Source: Lytechinus pictus (Eukaryota). Taken from it: a DNA stretch of 64,000 nt. Shown in pieces: positions 26,701 through 41,700 of this stretch. The number at the start of each line of letters is the position of its first letter. Position 1 is the first letter of the stretch. The position numbers and the translations under genes were made by a program. The stretch spans positions 2,916,001 to 2,980,000 of the forward strand of contig NC_087252.1 in the NCBI RefSeq assembly GCF_037042905.1, read 5' to 3'. The notes below the pieces were generated by a model that had not been told where the DNA came from, did not search any database, and saw only the letters and a program-made list of their open reading frames with translations.

Positions 26701-29700
26701 TGAATGCCCGTGCTAAAATAGCCTGTTCCAGACCGGTACTTTTTTGACGCCGCTACTAGAAGCAACAAACCTGTGCCATCAATTATATACCCTAGTATTT
26801 GAATTGGTGGTCGTAAAAGTAGCGCCGCCCTGCTATGCAGTTACTGAACATGTGATGCGGACTATTTCAGTGCGAGCCTGGTGCAGACCAAAACATCCAG
26901 AGTTACTAAAAACGGTAAGTTTCACAATGCGACTTTAAACGTGACGCGAGTGTTTGTTGCAAGCCAGTACAACCAAAACATGCTGAATTTCTTGTCTTTT
27001 TAGGAATTTATGCTGCAGAAAGCTGGTACTTACTTTATGTACCTCATAGCGGCCTTTAGATCCCTGTATGATGAGTTTTGATATTATAATATATTAAATA
27101 TGAATGGAAATTTTCTCTTATAAGGGCATTTTTCATAGTTTAGGGTACTTACCCCTCCGTAACCTCGATAATTCGATTTCTGTGGAGTGACAATGCATGG
27201 CCAAATAATGACAAACTATGAACTGATTGGAACTGAGTAAATATCAACAATTCTGAACACATTGTAAAGAAGAGTGGTTTGAAAATGAGTAACAAATATG
27301 TCCCTAAAAATTTACACTGGGAAAAGTTCTCTCCACATGCAGACTTTTTATCCAAGTTTTAATTTTAGTGTTGGTCTGATCACTAATTTACTAATAACGA
27401 CAATGTTTGGGTGAGTAAAACGTGGAATGGAGGAGATATGAATATGTCTGTGCATAATGTGCTACCGTCATGCAACGCTCTAACAACCCTCACTCCCGGA
27501 AAATATTCTGTGCAGTCAAGGTACATTTCGTTTTCCCACAAAAGAAAAAAAAATCTACTCTGATCCATAAACGATGCTGTTGTCTAAAATAGATGTCATG
27601 AAAACCAACAGTACGCATTGTAGCGACATTTCCCCATGCACAAGAGTGTTTGAATGGATTTGCTTTGTTTTCCGAGATATCGTCGAAAAACGTAAACTCC
27701 CTGCCATTAGCCTCGTTAAGACGTGGGATCCGGGTCAAGGGAGAGTTACTCCGACCAAGATACTCCTAGGATCCCACGTCTGATCGAGGCGACTACGAGA
27801 ATTAAATCAGTCGACATTCATTATACCACTTACCTTCTTTTTGCTCTTATTATAATAAAGGATTCCGAGGACGACTAGGAGGATGATGATGATGACGGCG
27901 AACGTGACCCCAACCGCGATGCCCACAACGTTGACTTCATTTCCAACTAGGGAACATGGTAAGAAAGCATTGAAGAAAATGATGATGTCATTTGGCAAAG
28001 TATGAATATTAATCAGTTGAATACGGGATTATGTAGTTCCACGACTGATGGGATCAGCCTCATGTAGTTGGAAATTATTGTACATGTTCAAAGGCCTCCT
28101 TACAACAGGTCCACGATCACGACTAGATATTAAATTTGCCTTTATTCTAATATGGATGACAGCATAGTCGCAGGTTTGAATGTAGGTATTCGTACGATGA
28201 TTAAAAACATCACGCAGTAAGATAATTCATGTTTCAATATCAGCATCAAATTTTAATACGTTTTGTTCCGAAATAGGGTCGCAGAGCGATCGTAAGGTGT
28301 GCGGTGGCCTTCACGCATACACCTCTTTCTTAAAAGGAATTATCCATCCTGTTGTGAAATATTGCGGGCCTACATGCATTTTTATCACGTTAAAAATTAA
28401 TACCAGTATGCATTTATTCGGCAAATCGGACTTGGAATAAAGTCCTTGTATGTGGGTCGACTCTCTTCTAATGCTAGTAGGTAGATTCGAACTTGGAACC
28501 TTATCATTGCATGCGCAATGAGTACACCATGACGCCATATTGACGATATTATGCTCTGGGTGTTCAAATCACTGTTTTTATTGAGATTCGTGCTTAATAA
28601 TAATGAGGTGAGGTTTTCTTTGACAAAATAAAAAGTATTAGGAATCTCGTCAAATCTTTGCCAGGTATTTAAAAAATAGGCATAAATCTTGCTATAAAGT
28701 GCACTTTCCCAGATTTCCAATTACTTTGTACATGGCTTTAAGGTGGACTGTGAAAATGTGTAATTAATAGTCGCTCCAAGCTCCGACATAATTATGACAA
28801 AGACGATTTTTTCGGAAAGATCATGACCTGGCAAGCGGTATGGACAGTTTGGATATTTTTTTATTTTGTAATTTTACATTCCACTCATGAGCATAACGAG
28901 GTCTTTGAGATTTGAGATAAAAAGGAAGTTTTTTTTAATTCGCTTACATAAGAATTTGTGATTTAATGATTAGCTATATTCGTTTTGAAATATTTTTTTC
29001 ATCACATCAACTGAAGGGCTACATCGTGTATATGTTTTTTTTTCTTCCCAGCGTCATATTTAGGGTTTATTAAGTCAAAGACTACACATCATGAATATTC
29101 ATAAACATGAATCGTAAAGCTATAGAGTAATTGGCAAAAAAACCCAAAGCAAAACAAAAGACAATTGTGGGACACTAGGATAATTGTAAGAATGGTAATG
29201 TTGCGGGTTCGGATCCCAATATGGGCAAAAAATTAATATGAAATGCTTATATTCATTCTATCTTGTATCACCATATCTTTATACCCATAGACAAAGGATT
29301 ATGCACCAACATATAATTTTAATCGCAAGCTATGCTCCTCTTGGGGCCCTTCCGATTTTTACTTGTAAATTTTGTATGTATTTGCTTTACTTATGTTTTT
29401 AATGGAAACGAATGAAAATAATTAAAAATAAATAAAATGACATATTGGACGCTATCTTGAAAATAACCTTTTTTCTGGATGCGGATTATGGTAGAATATT
29501 AGTTTGCTATTAATTAGGTCAAATAGTACCACAAACATTTGAAAAAAAAAACATTTGTTGCTATTTGTTTGGGGTCTAGCCATACATTGACACGACTACA
29601 TAGGCAATTAATTAATATGAACAAAAAAACTATCGAAATTAAGGCGAGACTTTGTATAGATCAAAGTTTCGTAGCTTAAAAATATCGCTTGCACATTAGA

Positions 29701-32700
29701 ACATGCCAAGGACTGGGAAGTTTGGTGTAGCTCCCTTCCAAATAACGATTATAATGAGCTGCGAACAGCAATTCTTTTAAAGCACCTGCAGGACCACACA
29801 CCTTAATATCATTAATTGCACTTTTAATAATACCTACTTATACTGTGAAACCCAACCTGCATTATTGCGAGTCCTATAAATTGATCGCGATGATAAATTG
29901 TATATTCATATATATTTCACACACGAGATATACATGTATATAAGTTTTTATTAAAAAAAAAGCGTGATAAGCATTTGTGGTATTCCTATAGCTCATAAAT
30001 ATCGCAATTTTCCTCTACATCGCAGTTTTTTTGGTAATAATTGATAGTAGGCCTATACATCATTGTTGAATCGCCTTTCGAAGTGAAAGTGGGATGGGCT
30101 GATGATAATACGCTTGGATGAACATTGTTACCATATTCGAACGAGGGGTGGACTTAAGAAAAGAAACCCAAACTATTCAATATCTAAGACTAACACACAC
30201 GCACAAATATTTATTTTGCCTACGACCATGAATGTTGGTAAAGATTAAGATGTGAATAAACAAGTCTAGAAAAAAAAAGAATTGATGAAAGAAAACCTGA
30301 GATACTAATTATGTCCATGATTTTTCATCTAATATAGAAGTATACAATACATTACCGGGGCCGCGAAGCGGGGGGGGGGGGGGGCGGCTGGAGGGGCTTC
30401 AGCCCCTCTCTTTTTTCCAAAACCGTGTACAAAAACGTAACAAATGACCATATGATTGTAATTTGTTTGCATGGTCAGCCACCCCCACTTTTCGCTCAGC
30501 CTCCCCCATCCACTTTGAAAACCATTCCGCGGCCCTTGCATTAAATATCTATTTTGTATTTTGATGAATGAAAATCGTAATTAGTCACCCTTGCGTCCTA
30601 TTTATTATTATGCTAACAATATGGATTAATCGAATTGTATTATGATCAGTCGTGTTTATCATGATTGCGATGTTAAAAAATGATGGGCATCATTTGGATA
30701 ATTAAACCTGGGTCAGTATGGGTTTAATCCTATATTCAATCATTTTACTTCACACTATATTAAATAATTGTTTACATATTCTTTATTTGGTTTTCATGAA
30801 AGGGTTTAAGTAGCAAAGAATCCCTTGAAATTTCATGTACACGGATATGATTATATTCAATCCATTTTTGGAAACCTTTCATCAAATGATTTAGATTAGC
30901 CTATTTGTATAGTTGGCAACTGATATTACATCGAGGTGTTTAAATTTATGCTAATAGAACATCACCAATTGAGCTTCTAATAAACATGCAATCGTGATAT
31001 ACATATATATATATTCACACACCATGATAGCTTATGTTATACATGTTGTTCTTTATAACGTAAACACAAATCATTTTCCTGATTCTGTAACAAACACCAA
31101 AATGAAAAAAAAAAGAAACAGGCATTGGTGAACATTATTGGTCATATATTAACATGAATTGTTGAAGGGGGATATTTGACTATAAACATGATAAATGGAT
31201 TTAAACGGGCTGTTTCACAATAAGCCTTTGTAAAAAAATATTATGCAGACCGTACGAAAGAATGGAATTGGCAAACCAGGTGATTTTTCTAATCAAATTA
31301 TAATACAGACTGTCGAGATATGCTAAAAAAGTACATTGGGCAATCCATATTCAATTCTTTTTTGTATATGATTAAGTTTTTCATTGATTTCACGATCAGC
31401 ATAATAACAAAAAGAAAGAAAACAATCACTTACATTAATTCATAACGCACTCTTCTTCAAGACATGCCTTATATAAATAATATACTTTTCGAACATTAAT
31501 GTCAAATGTAACTTCAAACTGCAGAGCTTCATTGGATGTCCTTTCGGTCTTTCACTTATAGCTGATCGCCATTTTGGAGCGTGTCTACAGTGTGTTCACA
31601 TGAAATCAAAAGTGTGTTCACTGCGTATCACCAGTGTGTCAACAGTGCACCAACAGCATGTCCACAGTGTGTTCACAAGAAATCTACAGTATGTTCTGAA
31701 TGTGTTCATTTTATCAACAGTGTGTTCACAGTCAGTCCACAGGAAATCGACAATGTGTTCACAGTCTGTTCACAGTGTGTCAACAGTGCATCAACAGTGT
31801 GCTCACAGTGCGTCCACAATGTATCAATAGCGTGTTCACAGTGTTTCTACAGTAAATCAACGGTATGTTCACAGTGTGTCTATAGTATGTCCATAGGGTC
31901 AAGATGTGATTCAGAGTTTTGAGAATCCTAACATTTAACCGCGTGAATACAGTCCCACACTGTGAACACCTATGCGGTTCCAGTGTTCACAATACGTTCA
32001 CATAGTGGACTATGAGAAAATGTGCCTTACACTGTTCAAATGCTCATATTAATGTGAAGAGAGTTTCACATTGAGCTGCTCACTGTGAGCACACTGTGGA
32101 TGTGGGACAGTGTGTTGTTTCAAGCATGGCTAAATGAAAAAGGAGATAATTTATCCACGCGAATAATATTATCAATAATAAAATCGAGTCATGCTGGACA
32201 CAATGAATGAAAGACATGCACATAATGTATTTTAAAGACGACTCGGCGATTTAAAATGATTTATAGGTCGGCGAACAAAGCCAGGTCATGAAGGTGTTTG
32301 TAATTTGGAATGGCGCGGTTGACGAGGTGATACGTCACAATGGCGCGCCAGACGGTATTGTTTATGCGCACAATGACAATAATTTATACTGGGCGCAAGG
32401 AGCGCCCATATTTTGGCGCGCGCGCCTAGGTGAAGGCGCGAAAAATCCTTCATTTTAGTCTTGGCTTTCAACGGAGATGAACGTCCAAATGTTCGCTTGT
32501 AATTTTCCCACCTCCTCCCCAACAACCATCCATGTAAATGTTACGTTTGGGTCAAACAATGTTGGAATGTTTAAACACATGCAATGGGGAAGGTCGAGAA
32601 TGAAGATACTCTAGGTATCATTCAGAGTTGATTTGTGTTTTATTGGAGTGTATAGCTCGTTATGAATGGAATAACGGATGTAGAATTGTTGTATAATAAT

Positions 32701-35700
32701 ATGGACATTTGAATTATTTTACTTACATGAATTTAATGTTGATTTATATAACGAAACACGAATTCAAATCCGGGGGCAGTTTGCCTGGTCGCACATCAAA
32801 ACAATATAAAGATTGTCGTGTATTTAGAAATGTGGGCCGTAAGGGAATTTTATCCTTCTGATCTATTTTGGTCTGTGGTCAGGTGGGTTTTCGCCCTTAC
32901 CCGTTTTTGGGACTGGGTGTTCGTTATATTTTGGTAATTCACATGAATTGAGTTCTCATATTATTGGCATGGCATATGTTCTTTAATCCACAATGGTCAC
33001 TTTTGCAAGGTGTGTAAAGCAGTGAATGATATTTTAGCCTCTAGTTATTAGATTTTCCACTTTGATGCCATGTACGTTGATTAATATTTCATATTGAATC
33101 GGGTCCTCATTCGGTACCTAGACGAAGGGGATTTATTTATAACTTTACATAGTACTTTAGGAACGCAATTGTAATTTGAATGTAAGGGTGTCACGCTCGA
33201 ACTTTCAGTTTAGGCCTCACCTGATCTCATAGGCGGGGAGGCTGGTATTCTGTATACATTTATATTTTTCGTGAAATTTTGGCCTCACCCAAGGTCTCAT
33301 GCGGGAAGGCTGGTATATATATGTATATTATATGATATAAGTATGCCATCTGTAATCCACCGATTTGCCGATAGCTCATACATGTAGTTAATAGCTGTGC
33401 TGGTATTCCTGTCCGGCTAGCAGAGAACCAGTGGGAAAGCAGCCGTGAAATTTAACGTTGAATTTTATGGGAGGGGGGCCTTCTAGCCGGGGGTTTAACC
33501 CCCCTTCGGGGAGCTAAACCAAGGCTATCGGTTGGTTCCAGACATACATGAATGTAAGTCTCTAATCAGAGGTATTCATATCCATGTTTTATACTTATGT
33601 GATTGTGACACCAGATTCGGAAAAGTGTTCATCTCTATTGAATAAAGCCACGACATAATCGCATATTATTTTGTTTTGTCATTTTGTTTGCCGAGTATAA
33701 TACCTAGTAGAGTGGCATATCCTAAAATGACCTGAGTACAAAAGAATCTGACAATTTGTCTTCTTGCAAAATTATTATTTATTCGTGCATTCAGTAAAGA
33801 TTTGATTGACATTTTGTGGCAAGGCTTATAAAATACGATGTGATGATCGTTATCTAATATAAATGGAATGTGAAACAATTTACTATAGTATAAAGGGAAA
33901 TACCTATTCTGTATTTCCTGATTATTTATGAATAAAAATACTCTCAATAAAAAAAATCATATTATTCAAACTTATTTTTAATCAACATTTAAGATAAACA
34001 TGTCAATACTTGTGTCTAATATGGATTGATTAATGCCGGTGCTGAGAATTAGTAAATACCACAAAAATGTATTTATTGACAAATGAATACACTAGAAGGC
34101 TGGTTATTTGTGTCTTTCCCTTTGAATACAGCATTATCTCACTATATTCACGGTCGTTCTGTTTTATGCCTTCAGGTTCAAGAAACAAATTTTTGTTTTG
34201 TTGACCTCTTTTTTTCTAATAATAAAAATGCCACATCACATGATACAAGTGGTTACATACAAGTTCATGTCATACACATGTGTGTGTATTAAACAAGTAA
34301 AAAAAATGCGTGCACATGATTTTGAATACTCGTCGATCTCCAATTTATTCATATTTAGACGGACTTTGTGGAACTGTTCCAGAGAACGCTAATGTCAGTA
34401 AGGATTTAATAACAAAATCCGTGGCGTTTTTCGGACAAAATAGAGAAAGAGTCTGACAGAGCCCTCGCTTGCAGTGGTTGAATACTTGCGTTTTTAATAC
34501 ATTACCTGTTTGTGTATTCTCGACTGAATTCTATTGTAGTACCTAGCGTTCTCGAGAACGTTCCCGTTCTCTAACGCAAAATTATCATTGATAAGTAACA
34601 AGACAAAGACAATGAAAACAAAAAGCCAACTCTTCCCCCTTCCACTATGCCTAAAATTTGCAGAGAGTAATGACTTACCATATCAATCATCAATTCACAC
34701 GCTCTGAAGTCCTGAGCTTCAGCATTTCCACATTGTTAAGATTTTCCAGTAATAAAAAAAAGGTAAATTGAATACTTGTATGCAATTAAAAATATATTAT
34801 ATAGTAACACATACAACCTAATATTAATGCGGTTTTGCACTTTGTGCCGAATTGCATCTGTATTAAGATATTCTCTGAAAATTGGAATGAAAAACTCACA
34901 TTATCTTCCGAGCCAATCTTTTTTTCATTTTTTTCTATAATTTTATTACTATATACATTTCCCTTTTTCCAAATATGAGTCATATTGGGAAAATATATTC
35001 CAGCTATTTTTCATGTTTATTACCGATTTGTAAAGAATGTAGCGCATCCATGTACATAGAAAAGTTGCAGATTAATTAAATTAATGTTTCTGTTTTTCTT
35101 AAAGCGAATAGATATTGTGCTAACATAGTTTTCTATCTATTGTCATTAAAATACATTATTATACTAGTTTTTGACCGTATGAATTATTTACAGCGTATCA
35201 TCATTTATGCAATGCTTCTATTTACAACTATACAAAACTACATGTGTCTTTTATCTGAATCTTGACATTCAATAGCCTCCTATATAAATAATGCATTTGA
35301 CTTTATTTGTATTATTGCTTTAACCTTATAAGGAGTAACGAAGAAATGTTACTAAAGCTTAATGTAACAAACGGAGTAACTGGAATACAATAAGCACTCT
35401 TTAGCACTACGGAGCACAACACTAATTAGGAAACAACTTTTTGGTGAAAATGGAATGTAAAGTATATTTGTATATTTATATCGCATAAATTCTAAGAAAA
35501 GGAAACTTGAACAGATGAATGTGACATTTAATGCCAGGTTAAATTTATACTAAATGTGATTACGGCTGTTATGTAATGCACTGACGGCTACAAAGTTGTT
35601 GTAATGAAAGTATATTTTCAATTACAGCATTCTTTAGGTATTTACCAAACAATATCAAACATATCAAAAGGGACTAATCGACAGCGAAAAGAACATTACA

Positions 35701-38700
35701 GTATTATTCAGAATCCTGAACAATAAATTGAGGAAAAGGCCTGGCATTTATACCTCGAATTTGTTAATCTGATTTATATTTACATATTTTCATCGATAAC
35801 TTCGGATAATCAAGTCCTGGTTGATGCTTGATCATCTGACTAGCTCCCTGCTTGGAATTGGTTGGATGAGTACTGTGCACCTTGCGCTCTATGAAACGCC
35901 AGAGCTACTGCCTTTCTACCTGTCAACCTACCCTGGTAAATACAACCCCAAGACGAATCCGAACGCAAGTCGACCAGCACCACCTACATGTCATTATATG
36001 CCGTCGCCATAACTTCCATGGGTCAACATATATTTCTCTCAAAATTGAGGGACTTGACTACTATTTACACTAATCGATGGCAGTGCACCAACCAACTCCA
36101 TAATGTCATGTATTTCTTCGAAAGCGAAGGCTGTGAGATATTTCAAGGACTATAAATAAGGTGTTTCATTGGATGGTTGAGGCGTTTTTGCTGGGACTTC
36201 TGCTGTGTTGATATGCTCCAAGCTCCCGGTGTCGTTCTCCATACCCCAGTTGACCTCTGCCTCCTTGGTAGAAACCTTAGGTCTGTTCGTAGATGAAGTG
36301 TTGGTCATGGATGATAGGAAAAGGAAAGGGGAAGAAAATATGTCGGAGTTGGAAAGGAGCCAGTGAGGAACAGGAAGCAAAAGTGCTACTAACTGCCAGA
36401 AAAAAGGATCCCTAATTGAACTATCAATGCAACCATGGCAACGTGAATGGTTGAGCATTTCGTAAGATAGGAAGTGTAAGAAGTAAATATGCATTTATGT
36501 GTGAATAGCATTGAAAACGTCTTCATGAATTAATTCCTTCGATTAAATGATTTTATGAACATGGCATAACCTTTATCAACATGATTGAGAATATCATTAC
36601 ATTTATCATCTACATCTATTTAGTATATAATCACCAATGAGTATTATAATCTGGTAACATAAATTTACTTATCGAAATCCTGACCCTGAATTTTAAATAT
36701 ATTACCTCTCTAAACCTATGACATATTTATTTATTTTATCAAAGTGTTTTGCAATTGATTGCGGCTTTGGAATAATGATAAGGATCTTAATTTCATTTCG
36801 AGTATTTCAAGTCTCCTAAGTCACCTAACGATTCAACAACAATAAATACTAGCTGTGAGAAGCGTTTCTTCGTGTAATTTGAAGACGATTTCACTGATAA
36901 ACTGCTCTCAGTAAAATCGGTTAACATTGGTTAAGTTGCTTCGGACATCAATAACTGACTACGAAGTTTTTGAAAATTACCTTGTCAAGTGAATGAAGTA
37001 ATTGTAAAATTTTCTTGGACCAACCAGGAATTTTGGAATTGAGGTTTCTGAAAAGAGGACTAACCTCGGTAAACATCGCGATTGTCCTCAGACAAGGGCC
37101 TGGTCGTTCACAGAGTTACGGCAGATGTAAAAATCAAACTAAAATTGAAATCGGTTGGAATTAAAATCTCTTGACCAAACCATTATACTGTAGATTGTTC
37201 GAAGAGGAGTTTTATTCCAATTCCTTTTGTAAGCTGAGTCCCACATAATTCTAAATACACTCACGAGAACAATCAAACAGTAGCCCTACTTAAAAACAAA
37301 ATAAGAAAGCTACTCACGCTTGTTTCTCTGTGTTAAACGAACCGTACTGCCAATACCGAAGGAACACGAAGACACCAACGACGACGAGTACGATAAAGAT
37401 AAGTGAAAAGACCACGCTGAGGGCGATGACGAGGGCGTTATTGTCACCGGGGACGATGTCGCCATCTGGGCCAATATGATTAGGACAGGGCAGAGAAATG
37501 GGGACAGAGAAAGGCTAGAATCAACCGAGTGGGGTTATTAAACTGTATGCATGGTATGAGATGGGGACTGTGGGTGCTTGGACGGGGTAAGTTGAACGTT
37601 GATTAGTGCATATTACAATTTCGTCAAAATTTGAAAGTACATTTTAATCTGCAAACAAGTTTAAATCTATTTTTTTAATGGCATGTAATAAAAAACCGTT
37701 TTGTCTGATATGAACCGCTCGGAAATTTCAGTTTATTTTGCTCGATATGAATTGCCATTTTTCTTGCCATTTGCTCTGTCCATACTTTACCTTAAATAAT
37801 GACACATGCTATAATTTACATGTACATCAGATTATTATGTCGCTTGATATCTCCTAACCATTTTAAACATATTTCTGGGCAAAGAACGCGTGTCTTCAAC
37901 TTAATTCTAGTGAGTAAAGGGTAATTCACAAATACAGCTTTAAAGCCCCACCCCCCGTCTCTCATTCTCTTTCCGACATATTACTCTTTCTGTACTACTC
38001 ACAAACACACACACGCACTCACGCACCTCAACATCCTTCACACAAAGGAAACCACACACAAATTTGCAGTTTCACCTTTCTTCTCTCCATATATTTGGAT
38101 TCTGTCACGTTGTATCTGAAGTAGCTTTCTCTCTCTATCCCCCTCTTTCTTTCGTTACCCTCACACAGGCACCCAGAACATACATACACACGCACTCACA
38201 CATCCTCACCAACATAAACTAAAACACATGCGCGCACACACCATCCATAGGCACATAGTTATTGCGCGTCTAAGGTCAAAAGCATTTTACTTCTGGACCA
38301 CTATGCCCAATATAGTCCTACGTGACAAAAAAATGTTTTGAACCGAGGTGGGGTTTCAGCCATTTAATTGGAACGAAATGGAAAAAAATGTGATAAAAAT
38401 ATAGAAGAGGGCATGTTGGGAAGGTAAACTTACCGATGCATGTCGGGGCGGCACTGGACCATATCCCGTCCTGGCATACAGACTGCATGGCTCCACTCAA
38501 CGTAAAACCATCCTGGCAGGCGAAAGATGCTGTAAGGCCATCCTCGCTCAGAGCGATGGAGCCATTTGCAGGGGTGTCCATGCCGCCGCATGTGGATTCT
38601 AGGGCATAGAAATGAAAAAGCAAACAAACAAAAACGTGAAAACGATGACATCAGCATACTACCGAAATATAATTGTAATAAGAAATATTATCAAAAAAAG

Positions 38701-41700
38701 AAAAGAAAGAAATATAGTCACTCTATGTTGGCTAGAGTTTTACTAGTTCTTATATTAATTGTGTTCCCTTTCAATAGTATATCAGAATGAAATTCAGTGC
38801 TAAAACGAAAAAAAGGTTCCCGAGCCATTTTTCTATGCATACAAACGACATTTAAGAGGTATAATTTTATATTCCCATTATTATTGTTTTTTTCCACTAT
38901 TGGTATTATCTTCATCATCACTATGACCCTTTTCTTACTCCCTTTTTACGTTTATTACATATTGCAGAGGTATAGATTGAGTTTGTGGATTGTTCCTAAA
39001 AGCCTAGGACATTGTCAAAAGCTCTTACCTATACATTCATTATCTCCTTCTGATCCGGTCCATACAAGGCTTCCTGCCTCCATGTCATATTCACATCGTT
39101 TGAATGATGAGCCAACCATTAATAAACTTTCATCGCAGGTAAATGTGACCTCAGCGCCTTCAAAATATTTATTCGAATCTGACGAGTACGACTTTGTGCC
39201 ATTGTAAGGTGTAATCAGATACGGGCATGAGTCGACTACGTATAGGAAAGAAAGAGATTATTTTTTTCAAAGATGCTACGAATTAAACAAAAAAATGTAC
39301 ATTAAGCCCATCTCAAGGTGAGGAAGAATTTTCGAATATTGGGAGTGTGAGTTTGGAAGCGCTGAAAGAATTTTGCTTTGTAAGTAGTTTATTTTATCAG
39401 GGAGGCCCTTCCAGCAGTATACTTTATTTTAAAAGAGGTTCTGAAAAACTAACAAAATGAGGAAGATATGCATAAAATATCCATATCACAGTTCCGATGC
39501 AAATACGTTCTAGCTTATGCATTGTATGAAACAACTAAAGATGGATAAGCAACGGGATATCTTGAAGGCAAAATTGAAAATAGCACAATTATTGATTATT
39601 CCATGTATTTTTGCAGGGATCAATTTTCAAATAAATAAAAGAATAGTACATTATATAGACAATAATAAGAGGAATATATATATTATGTATGCCTATGTTT
39701 TAATTATAACTTTGCAAGCGTATATGTTTTTGAATAAGAATTCCTCGCTTCCACTGGAAGCTGGTTCCATAGAACCTCGATGGGAAAGGGAAACCTCATG
39801 TTTTATTCTATAGTAGGCTTACTTTTACGAATGTTTTCCGAGCTGCTCTCAAATTCCTCGTAAGCATCCAATGTAGCCAGGGCTAGTTCCTCATCGTCAT
39901 TTGACACCTCGTAGTCGAACAGACACTGGTAAACGTTGTTACATGGTGGGTAAAGGGTAGGGAGAGCTACGTTCATACGAGGAACGAAGGACGTATTGTG
40001 GTAGTGGGAATGGTCCCTGTTTGACACATATCGGAATAGGGTGTAATCTGCTTCGATCTCCCCTGTTAGAAATTAAAATAGATAATAAGTTTAAAGGGAT
40101 GGTCCGGGCTGAAAGTATTTATAGCTTAATAAATAGAGTAGAATTCACTAAGCAAAATGCCAAAAATTTCATCAAAATCGGATAACAAATAACAAAGTTA
40201 TTAAATTTTAAAGTTTAGCAATATTTGGGGAAAACAGTCGTCATGAATATTCATTAGGTGGGCTGATGATGTCACATCTCCACTTGTTCTTTTGTATTTT
40301 ATTATATGAAATGAGGTTTATTCAATTATTTTCCTTCAAGAAGTAGAAAAATTGGAATGACAACTGATTTAGTGCATTAGATATTTATTGCTGCAACTTA
40401 TTTCATTACAAGGGAGACATATTATTCACACAAGTATGAAATAATGAAAAAATAATGATTTTATGTAATAAGATAAGAAAACGAAAAATGGAGATGTGAC
40501 ATCATCAGCCCACCTAATGAATATTCATGACGACTGTTTTCACAAAATATTGCTAAACTTTAAACTTCAATAACTTTATTATTTGTTATCCGATTTTGAT
40601 GAAATTTTCGGCATTTTGCTCAGTGAATTCTACTCTGTGTATTAAGATTAAATATTTTCAGCCTGGACCATCCCTTTAAGCGTTAGACGTGTTAGATGCT
40701 TACTTAGGGTGGAATACGAGAAGATTATAACTCAACGTTAGATATAAACTCAACGTTAGATTCGCATTCAGCGTTAGATGTAAACTCAACGTTAGATTCG
40801 CACTCAGCGTTAGACGTGCACTCAACGTTATAGATTCTAAGTCAGCGTAAGATATAAACTCAACTTAAGAAACGAACTCAACGTTAATATAACCCCCAGG
40901 CTAGATTTGAAAGCAGCGTTAGATAAACTCTCAGCGTTAGACTAGAATTATTATTCAGCTAGAGAGAAGTGTAGGCCTATGCTTAAAAACTGTGAAAAAG
41001 GTATTTTCCGTCCCATTCGCCCCTTCTTAATGGGTCCATTTTTTTTAGCATGGGCGGAACCCAGTTTTCGGAATGGGGGGGGGGGGGGGGTAAAAATGTG
41101 TTATTGTTGTTGCTGTTGTTGACAAGCATAGAATGATAAATAAAGTTGGCCATCTTTGCTATCTACAAATGTGTCTCCCCCATAATTTTAGGAACAAAAT
41201 CTTTCCCAATTCAAAACATAAAAGTGTGTGATAAAAAAGGGAGCTTCCGTCACTACCCAGTGCCCAGGGAGGGGGTAATATTCGTGTACATAGTGGCAAG
41301 AATGGGGGGGGGGGCTCTTTGGGCACCCCGACGCCCCCTTCACCGAGACTAGGATAAGGGCCTGTACATTATGTTTAAGTTCCCATGATAATATTATAAA
41401 CAAGAAACACCTGCGAGAAGGTAATGTCATCATGGTTTTTCTTACATGATTGGCCAAATTGGAAGATCTCTTCATCTGTCGGATCCTCAAGTGGGGTGTT
41501 ACTATTTCTTGCCTCCAAGTCGTTGCTGGGGTCACCATCCATGTTGCCTAGCAACCCAGACAAATGATCGCTCTGGTAAAAATATATATACAAATGGTTT
41601 TAGATACACTCTAAAAAACGAAGTGCTAATTCAGCTCTTAAAGAGCGTGTATAGTGACTGCACTTCGGAGTGCTGATTTTCTAGTTCAAATTTGAACGAG

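Noticed and set aside
31581..31922. Cys-rich ORF (CSQC repeats) as a metal-binding protein
   Set aside because: Translation of an 11-bp minisatellite
34676..34760. Possible extra exon ending at a strong minus-strand donor (ATG|gtaagt)
   Set aside because: No convincing acceptor or open frame fitting the gene model; could be non-coding but is unsupported
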